A stretch of DNA of 64,000 nucleotides from Eledone cirrhosa (taxonomy: Eukaryota), in assembly GCA_964016885.1 (NCBI GenBank), contig OZ024743.1, positions 65,038,001 through 65,102,000 of the forward strand, read 5' to 3'. Shown here piece by piece: positions 54,481 through 64,000 of this stretch. Under the pieces are notes generated by a model that was not told the DNA's origin, ran no database searches, and was given only the letters and a program-made list of their open reading frames with translations. Position numbers and translations under genes: made by a program. Within the stretch, counting starts at the first letter, position 1. Every line of letters starts with the position of its first letter.

Positions 54481-54799
54481 CGACCACTAGACCAGCTGAA
54501 GTGATTGAATGTAATTTACATCGTTGTTTTTAGCTGTCATTTCTTTTCAAACTGTAAATACAGAGAGTTGGCAATAATGTTAATTGCATGATACCTTTAG
54601 ATACGTTTTCGCAAACATGGCACACACACAATAGACTCTTGTGTTTCTAATGTGTATTGAGTACTTCTATGTTTTTATACAGTATCACAAAACAATTGAA
54701 ATGGATGACTAAATATATATGTTTTCCTCTTTACTTTTGTATATGTTTTTCCTTTTCTTAGTGCTGTTATCTTTCTGTTTCATCTTCCATCTCTTATTT

Positions 54800-54838
54800 T
54801 ATATTCTGAGGAAGGGCTAATATCCAAAATGCTAATAT
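54800..54838 (+). ncRNA. Degenerate minimal hammerhead motif (family 3)
   Basis: TATATT-CTGAGGA-a-GGG-ctaata-TCC-aAAA-TGCT-AATATA; stem I perfect, core mutated. Confidence 0.38.
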
Positions 54839-54849
54839 ATATATATATA

Positions 54850-56065
54850 TATAACTTGTCTAAGACTAAAGTTCTAGTTTGTAGAAAGGAAAATAGGGCA
54901 CAGGTGCCCTCAGGAAAATGGCCACGCTCAGTGTGTAGGAAAGGAGTAGGTACAAATTCCATTTTATGTGCCAAATGCAAAGTATGGGTACATAAAAGAT
55001 GTAGTGGGATCACAGGTAAACTACCTAAGAACGTAGACTTTATATGTGGCCAATGCTCAGGTGCAATAAGTAGCAAGTGTCCAAAGGATACTAGCTCCTT
55101 CCATTGCCCAGATGGTTCTATAGAAATAGTAGACACTTTCCGTTACCTGGGTGATGAAATCAGCAGTGGTGGAGGGTGTTCTGAAAGTACAGTAGCCAGA
55201 GTCAGAACAGGATGGAAAAAGTTCAGAGAGCTTATACCGCTGTTGGCCACAAAAGGTTTCTCTCTAAAAATGAAAGGCAGATTGTATGATGCCTGTATAC
55301 GAACAGCAATGCTACATGGCAGTGAGACATGGGCATTACGTGCAGAGGACCTGCGTAGACTGGAAAGGAACGAAGCATGCATACTCCGTTGGATGTGTAA
55401 TAGTAATATACGTGAACGGCAAAGCAAAATGAACTAAGTGAGAAATTAGGAATAAGAGGGATCAGTTGCTGTTTGCTTGAGAGAAGACTACGTTGGTATG
55501 GTCACGTGATGCGCATGAAAGACGACAGCTGCATAAAAAAGTGCAGGGCGATCAAAATTGATGGTAGTTACGGAGTAGGTAGACCCAGAAAAACCTGGGA
55601 TGATCTGATAAATTCCGACCTCACACACATCTCTCTAAGACAATGTCTCTGGACTGAGACCTTTGGCGCTACGCAGTAATACAGAAGACCCGCCTTGCCT
55701 ATGTACAAAGCGAAACCTATAGTCAGTAGGCACCTCTTAACCAAATATACACCCCAATCTACTACCCCTACCCTATCCTCCCACCAACAGCACGAGAAAA
55801 TGAGATTGAGTTTGTGTAGGTGTCACAACAAAAAACACACACATTCCACGCTGTAATGTGGCCGTGTAGGTAACATGGTAAAAAGTTCCCAGTTCCACAC
55901 TGTAAATGTGGTTGGTGTTAGGAAGGACATCCAGCCGTAGAAAACCTCCCAGTTAGTTCTATATGAGCGAGACACGGTCACCCGACCAGCCTTGCCTCAA
56001 GTGGGACAACTCCCATCTAACCCATGCTAGCGTCGATAACGGACGTTAAACGAAGATCATCATGA
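54850..56065 (+). mobile_element. RTE-clade LINE 3' fragment with 3' UTR
   Basis: ORF 54829-55437 and 55473-55679 (FRYLGD, MLHGSETW, RRLRWYGHV); 3' UTR shared with 24147-24792 and with SINE tails. Confidence 0.9.
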
Positions 56066-56704
56066 TATACATACTATAAGGATAAGGAACAAAGATTCAG
56101 TGTTGCATCATAACATATTACATATGTTTTTCTATCGATCAGTTCGATACAATATATATGTATATATATTTACAACTATATATATATAAACGGAAAAAAT
56201 GAAACGAAATTTAATTTCTCACTCTTAGTACGGCTGTTACTTAAATATAAGTATGTATACGTACATACATATTTGTTGCTAGACACTGTACGGCTTAATT
56301 CGGGATGTTTGTTTACAAACACCGAGCATTATAATAAATGTTCGGTAAACAGGAATAACAACACAATCGGTACAGTATATGGAAGAGATATATTAGGTTA
56401 ACGCTTGATATAGCAGGAAGGTCCATTTTCCATGCTATAATATAATTATTCAGGTCAATTACTACAATGGTGCCATACCAAGTATGTATGTTTTGTCATC
56501 AATGATCAACGAAACGTACTTACCTGGTATGAGACCGTTGTAGTAGCTGACCTGAGTTGCTCTGCACCTTGGATTTTTACTAACCTGTTACTACAATACT
56601 ATTATATATATATAATATTGTTTCTACTTATATATATATGTTCATCACACATGTCCTTCTCAAGTATGTTCCAGCCATCAATGTCTTGTGGTGTCTATTT
56701 CTAG

Positions 56705-56881
<177 letters not shown>

Positions 56882-58385
56882 TAGAGGGTCGGACGCCATG
56901 CTTTCCAGCATAGTTACGTCCCTTTACGATCTGAGTTCAAATCCTGCCGAGGTTGACTTTGCCTTTCATCCTTACGGGGTCGATAAAATAAAGTACCAGT
57001 AATGCACTGGGTAATTGCTGGCCTTGTGCCTAAAGTAGAAACAATTATTTAGTTTATTAATTTGTTTCAAGTATTTCAAAATAATTGTTATTTTGTTCCC
57101 TTCAATTCTTTGCATGATTTAAACTATTCACATTTTTGATATGTGTGTATTTGTGTTTCTCCTCTCTTTTATATATATATATATATATATAAAAATTATC
57201 AAAGACCCCCTTTGGTCACAAATGACCATGTGATTTGCACCTAGAAAGGCACAAGTCTACAAGTCTGGGCAAGGTTATTTGGGGAAGACCAGCAGTCGCC
57301 CATGCGTACCAGCCTCCTCTCTCCACACCACCGATGATGTCCCAGGGAAAGGCATCAGTGACTTTGCAACTCATTTCTACAGCTGAGTAAATTGGTGCAA
57401 CGTGAAATAAAGTGTCTTGCTCAATGCATCCCTGGTCCAAGAATCGAACTCACACCCTTTCTATTGCAAGCTCTAACCATTAAGCCATGTGCCTTAACAT
57501 ATGTATTATATATATATAGTAGGCATCTCTAACAAAATACACCCCGTCCCGCCACCACCCCCACCCCATCCACACCACCCCGTTCTATGTAAAGTTATGT
57601 TGGTGCCGCGCCATCCAGGCCGAAACAAATGAGATCGTGTAGGTGTCACGACAAAAAAACACACAGTCCACGCTGTAATGTGGCCGTGTAGGCAACACGG
57701 TAAAAACCTCCCAGACCCACACTGTAAATGTGGTTGGTGTTAGGAAGGGCATCCAACTGTAGAAAACCTGCCAGACAGTCCTATGCGAGCAAGACAATCA
57801 CTCTTGCCTCAAGTGGGACTACCCCCGTCCAAACCCATGCAAGCGTGGAACACGGACGTTAAACATTGATGATGATGATGATGATATATAATGGCTTAAT
57901 ATGGAGGCACATGGCTTAGTGGTTAGAGCATTGGCCTTGCAATCGAAAGGTTGTGAGTTCAATTCTCAGACTGGGTGATGTGTTGTTTCTTTGAGCAAGA
58001 CACTTTATTTCACATTGCTCTAGTTTACTCAACTGTAGAAATGAGATGATAGGGACTGCAAAGTGGTCGTGGAGGTGCCATGGCAAAAAAGCACCCAGCC
58101 CACACTATAAAGTGGATGTGTAGGCGCCACGGTAAAAAGCACCCAGCACTCACTGTAAATGAGGTTGGTGTTAGGAAGGGCATCCAGCTGTAGAAATCAA
58201 GCCAGAATCAGTTCCTGTCCCACCCTTGCAAGCAGGGAAAAGCGAACGTAAAATGATGATGATAAATATATAAAAATTACCAGGATTAAATTACATTAAA
58301 TTATTTATCTATATATGTATATATATTCTTTAATATGGCTAAGTGGTGAGTCTTGTTTCTCTGGAATTTCATGTGGGTATTCACA

Positions 58386-58442
58386 GAGTTCTTGTCTGAT
58401 GACCCTGTGATAAACAGGCGAAACTCCAGAGTAACAAGACTC
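58386..58442 (+). ncRNA. Minimal type-I hammerhead ribozyme (family 1, most intact copy)
   Basis: TCTTGT-CTGATGA-c-CCTGT-gataa-ACAGG-c-GAAA-CTC-ca-GAG-TA|ACAAGA; stems I-III all pair; predicted cleavage after 58433. Confidence 0.8.
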
Positions 58443-58594
58443 ACCACTGAGCCATAATAACAAATATTTAAACTCTATTTTGGTATTGAGTACTCATCCT
58501 CACATCTGTCAATATCACACACCTGTGTTTGTGTATGTGTAAATACATATATTGTGTGTGTGTATGTGTATATATTTATATGTATGTCTGTGTG

Positions 58595-59627
58595 TATATA
58601 GGAGGACAAATAAGGAAATTTCAGACTTTCTCAGCGTTAGCAGGAGAATGGTGGAAAAGGTCAGAAAGGAATTGGAAGATTCAGGATTCGACTACGAAGC
58701 AACATCAGAGAGCAAAACACATGATCGACGATCTGACGCCTTCAGAACGCCCGAGTTCGTCACTGAAATTCAGGATATCATCAACAATGAACCTAGCAAG
58801 TCGATGCGTGCCATTGCAAGGGAGAAAGGCGTGGATGAAAAGCTCATTAGGCTGGTGGTACATGAAGACATTCGCTACGTTTCATACAAGATGAGGACAG
58901 GACAATTTCTGTCAAAGGCGATGCAAGAAAAGGGACTGAAGCACGCAAAGAAGCTGATCAACAAGTTGAAACACCCACCGGAGCCAGACATGCTGTGGTT
59001 TTTCTCTGACGAGAAAAACTTCTGCCAAGACCAGAAGATCAACTCCCAGAACAACAGGTGGCTCGCTGTCTCATCCAAAGACATGCCCAGAGTTATGCAG
59101 ACAAAGTTTCAAGCCACAACATTGGTCTTAGGTGTCGTCAGCAGTCAAGATGACGTCATGCCGCCGCACTTCTTCCCTGAGGGCCTCAAGTTGAATACCG
59201 ATGGCTACATCCGCGTTCTGAGCGAGGTAGTAAAGCCCTGCCATACCAGCCGAAAGACCCAAGCCTGGCTGTCAGAGAACTTCGTCGACCACACTTAATC
59301 TGATATCTAGCCTCCCAGCTCACCTGACTGCAACCCCCTCGACTTCTTTGTGTGGGGCGCAGTGGAACAAGACACCAACAGATCTAGCTGCAATGCGAAA
59401 GATGATCTGAAGGCCAGGATCACAAGTGCCTTTAGGGGCCTAAGTCGGGGGACAGTGACGAAGACCTGTAGCCGGTTCCGAGGCCGTCATCAAAGCCAAT
59501 GGCGGGTTTATCAAGTGAGATCGAAAGAACAAGTCATGAAGACAAACTGACCCAAGTTTGATAAATATATCTTAAAAAATAAAACTACTGTGTTAATTTT
59601 TCCTAGACAGTAATCGTCTGCACACTG
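58595..59627 (+). mobile_element. Tc1/mariner (maT/DD37D-like) transposase pseudogene
   Basis: WFFSDEKNF, LGVVS, PPHFF, PPSSPDCNPLDFFVWG; ends CACTG|TA; internal deletion and stops; 5' end lost. Confidence 0.88.
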
Positions 59628-59976
59628 TATATATATATATACACACACACTGTAAAGTGTGTATATGTGGTTGATCATAGGATGGGCATCCAGCCATAGA
59701 AATCTTGCCAAACAAAAGGGTTGGGAGGACCCTCAGTTGTGTCAAAGATATGATAACCTCTCCTGTGCATTCTGTGGAGCCTCGAGATCCGATTCCTGAC
59801 CTGCCTGGGCGATCAGTAGCCACCCTTTCAGTACTGACTTGGTCTATGTAGACCCATCCAACCCTTGCTTGCAGGGAAAGTTTTTTGCGGCTGGATGTTA
59901 TTAGATGTTGTTGTTATCTACCTGTCGTTGTTTATTTCATGTATTTTAGTAAATAATTATTTATTATATTGTTCAG

Positions 59977-60142
59977 CTCCATTACCAACGTCTACCTCGA
60001 GACATTCAAACTTGCCATGTCATGTTAATGGACGCTACTGTTGCTACTGGTGCTGCTGCTATGATGGCCATCCGAGTCTTACTGGATCATGATGTACCTG
60101 AAGAAAACATCACCCTGCTTTCTTTGTTGATGGCTCTTTCAG
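59977..60142 (+). CDS. UCKL1: UCKL1 exon 12 (gene continues past window)
   Basis: [10 protein letters not shown]...[31 protein letters not shown]; donor gtgagc; terminal exon (expected ...FGDRYFG) not in window. Confidence 0.95.
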
Positions 60143-60184
60143 GTGAGCAGCGGTCGGGATTATTCGATAAATATTCTTTTACTA

Positions 60185-60395
60185 GCTTCAGCCATTAGAG
60201 TGTGGCCATGCTGGTGCCATGGCCTTGATTTAGTTGATCATATCAATCACTACATATTTTATTGGTCTCAGTCATTTGACTGGCCATGCTGGGGCATCAA
60301 CTTGATTTAGTTCATCATATCAACCACAGTACATATTTTATTGGTTTCAGTCATTTGACTGGCCATGCTGGGGCATCGACTTGATTTAGTTGATC
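60185..60395. repeat. 78-79 bp tandem repeat, about 2.7 copies
   Basis: GGCCATGCTG at 60204, 60282 and 60361. Confidence 0.85.
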
Positions 60396-63300
60396 CATTA
60401 GTAGTTAGATTAAGACCCTGTATGTTACAATGGTGCCCCTCTGACTTCATTAGTAGTTAGACTAAGACACTGTATGTTACAATGGTGCCCCTCTGACTTC
60501 ATCAGTAGTTAGTCTAAGACACTGTATGTTACAATGGTGCCCCTCTGACTTCATCAGTAGTTAGACTAAGACCCTGTATGTTACAATGGTGCCCCTCTGA
60601 CTTCATCAGTAGTTAGACTAAGACCCTGTATGTTACAATGGTGCCCCTCTGACTTCATCAGTAGTTAGACTAAGACACTGTATGTTACAATGGTGCCCCT
60701 CTGACTTCATCAGTAGTTAGACTAAGACCCTGTATGTTACAATGGTGCCCCTCTGACTTCATCAGTAGTTAGACTAAGATACTGTATGTTACAATGGTGC
60801 CCCTCTGACTTCATCAGTAGTTAGACTAAGACACTGTATGTTACAATGGTGCCTCTCTGACTTCATCAGTAGTTAGACTAAGACCCTGTATGTTACAATG
60901 GTGCCCCTCTGACTTCATCAGTAGTTAGACTAAGACACTGTATGTTACAATGGTGCCTCTCTGACTTCATCAGTAGTTAGACTAAGACCCTGTATGTTAC
61001 AATGGTGCCCCTCTGACTTCATCAGTAGTTAGACTAAGACTCTGTATGTTACAATGGTGCCTCTCTGACTTCATCAGTAGTTAGACTAAGACTCTGTATG
61101 TTACAATGGTGCCCCTCTGACTTCATCAGTAGTTAGACTAAGACACTATGTTACAATGGTGCCTCTTTGACTTCATCAGTAGTTAGTCTAAGACACTGTA
61201 TGTTACAATGGTGCCTCTCTGACTTCATCAGTAGTTAGACTAAGACACTGTATGTTACAATGGTGCCTCTCTGACTTCAGTAGTTAGACTATGACACTGT
61301 ATGTTACAATGGTGCCTCTCTGACTTCATCAGTAGTTAGTCTAAGACACTGTATGTTACAATGGTGCCCCTCTGACTTCATCAGTAGTTAGACTAAGACA
61401 CTGTATGTTACAATGGTGCCCCTCTAGCTTCATCAGTAGTTAGACTAAGACACTGTATATTACAATGGTGCCTCTCTGACTTCATCAGTAGTTAGACTAA
61501 GACCCTGTATGTTACAATGGTGCCCCTCTGACTTCATCAGTAGTTAGACTAAGACCCTGTATGTTACAATGGTGCCCCTCTGACTTCATCAGTAGTTAGA
61601 CTAAGACACTGTATGTTACAATGGTGCCCCTCTGACTTCATCAGTAGTTAGACTAAGACACTGTATGTTACAATGGTGCCCCTCTGACTTCATCAGTAGT
61701 TAGACTAAGACACTGTATGTTACAATGCTGCCTCTCTGACTTCATCAGTAGTTAGACTAAGACACTGTATGTTACAATGGTGCCCCTCTGACTTCATCAG
61801 TAGTTAGACTAAGACACTGTATGTTACAATGGTGCCTCTCTGACTTCATCAGTAGTTAGACTAAGACACTGTATGTTACAATGGTGCCCCTCTGACTTCA
61901 TCAGTAGTTAGACTAAGACACTGTATGTTACAATGGTGCCTCTCTGACTTCATCAGTAGTTAGACTAAGACACTGTATGTTACAATGGTGCCTCTCTGAC
62001 TTCATCAGTAGTTAGACTAAGACACTGTATGTTACAATGGTGCCTCTCTGACTTCATCAGTAGTTAGACTAAGACACTGTATGTTACAATGGTGCCCCTT
62101 TGACTTCATCAGTAGTTAGACTAAGACACTGTATGTTACAATGGTGCCTCTCTAGCTTCATCAGTAGTTAGACTAAGACCCTGTATGTTACAATGGTGCC
62201 CCTCTGACTTCATCAGTAGTTAGACTAAGACACTGTATGTTACAATGGTGCCCCTCGACTTCATCAGTAGTTAGACTAAGACACTGTATGTTACAATGGT
62301 GCCTCTCTGACTTCATCAGTAGTTAGACTAAGACACTGTATGTTACAATGGTGCCTCTCTGACTTCATCAGTAGTTAGACTAAGACACTGTATGTTACAA
62401 TGGTGCCTCTCTGACTTCATCAGTAGTTAGACTAAGACACTGTATGTTACAATAGTGCCTCTCTGACTTCATCAGTAGTTAGACTAAGACACTGTATGTT
62501 ACAATGGTGCCTCTCTGACTTCAGTAGTTAGACTAAGACACTGTATGTTACAATGGTGCCCCTCTGACTTCATCAGTAGTTAGACTAAGACACTGTATGT
62601 TACAATGGTGCCTCTCTGACTTCAGTAGTTAGACTAAGACACTGTATGTTACAATGGTGCCTCTCTGACTTCATCAGTAGTTAGTCTAAGACACTGTATG
62701 TTACAATGGTGCCCCTCTGACTTCATCAGTAGTTAGACTAAGACACTGTATGTTACAATGGTGCCCCTCTAGCTTCATCAGTAGTTAGACTAAGACACTG
62801 TATGTTACAATGGTGCCTCTCTGACTTCATCAGTAGTTAGACTAAGACCCTGTATGTTACAATGGTGCCCCTCTGACTTCATCAGTAGTTAGACTAAGAC
62901 CCTGTATGTTACAATGGTGCCCCTCTGACTTCATCAGTAGTTAGACTAAGACACTGTATGTTACAATGGTGCCCCTCTGACTTCATCAGTAGTTAGACTA
63001 AGACACTGTATGTCACAATGGTGCCCCTCTGACTTCATCAGTAGTTAGACTAAGACACTGTATGTTACAATGGTGCCTCTCTGACTTCATCAGTAGTTAG
63101 ACTAAGACACTGTATGTTACAATGGTGCCTCTCTGACTTCATCAGTAGTTAGTCTAAGAGACTGTATGTTACAATGGTGCCCCTCTGACTTCAGTAGTTA
63201 GACTAAGACACTGTATGTTACAATGGTGCCTCTCTGACTTCATCAGTAGTTAGTCTAAGACACTGTATGTTACAATGGTGCCCCTCTGACTTCATCAGTA

Positions 63301-64000
63301 GTTAGACTAAGACACTGTATGTTACAATGGTGCCTCTCTGACTTCATCAGTAGTTAGACTAAGACACTGTATGTTACAATGGTGCCTCTCTGACTTCATC
63401 AGTAGTTAGTCTAAGAGACTGTTTGTTACAATGGTGCCCCTCTGACTTCATCAGTAGTTAGACTAAGACACTGTATGTTACAATGGTGCCTCTCTGACTT
63501 CAGTAGTTAGACTAAGACATTGTATGTTACAATGGTGCCTCTCTGACTTCATCAGTAGTTAGTCTAAGACACTGTATGTTACAATGGTGCCCCTCTGACT
63601 TCAGTAGTTAGACTAAGACACTGTATGTTACAATGGTGCCTCTCTGACTTCAGTAGTTAGACTAAGACACTGTATGTTACAATGGTGCCCCTCTGACTTC
63701 ATCAGTAGTTAGACTAAGACACTGTATGTTACAATGGTGCCCCTCTGACTTCATCAGTAGTTAGACTAAGACACTGTATGTTACAATGGTGCCTCTCTGA
63801 CTTCAGTAGTTAGACTAAGACACTGTATGTTACAATGGTGCCTCTCTGACTTCATCAGTAGTTAGTCTAAGACACTGTATGTTACAATGGTGCCCCTCTG
63901 ACTTCATCAGTAGTTAGACTAAGACACTGTATGTTACAATGGTGCCCCTCTAGCTTCATCAGTAGTTAGACTAAGACACTGTATGTTACAATGGTGCCTC
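60396..64000. repeat. 52-bp satellite, about 69 copies, runs off the window end
   Basis: CATCAGTAGTTAGACTAAGACACTGTATGTTACAATGGTGCCCCTCTGACTT. Confidence 0.98.

Noticed and set aside
56518-56528. U1 snRNA 5' end (TACTTACCTGG)
   Set aside because: Similarity stops after 11 nt; no U1 stem-loops or Sm site
60396-64000. CRISPR array or tandem hammerhead (minus strand has CTGATGA in most units)
   Set aside because: No unique spacers and a eukaryotic context; no GAAA or stem III in the unit, so the hammerhead core is incomplete

Overview
Eukaryotic, AT-rich, repeat-dense genomic DNA; the SINE/LINE repertoire and microsatellites suggest an octopod cephalopod (inference). Two intron-rich genes lie head-to-head. 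GTF2H1 (TFIIH p62) is complete on the minus strand: 11 coding exons, 8402-23766, 1668 nt, 555 aa, all phases consistent. UCKL1 (uridine kinase + UPRT-like) is on the plus strand: 12 coding exons, 32172-60142, with the final exon beyond the window end. Introns carry RTE and CR1 LINE fragments, two tRNA-derived SINE families, TTAA and TA MITEs, a broken maT-type mariner, minisatellites and a >3.6 kb 52-bp satellite. The most notable unannotated signal is a set of about nine minimal type-I hammerhead ribozyme motifs (CUGANGA...GAAA...UA) in three to four structural families, scattered through the introns. They show stem II covariation, a rudimentary stem III, circularly permuted flanks and inverted tail duplications, consistent with Penelope-like or retrozyme elements. 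Almost all ORF-track entries are spurious or TE fragments. All calls are by eye; no searches were run.
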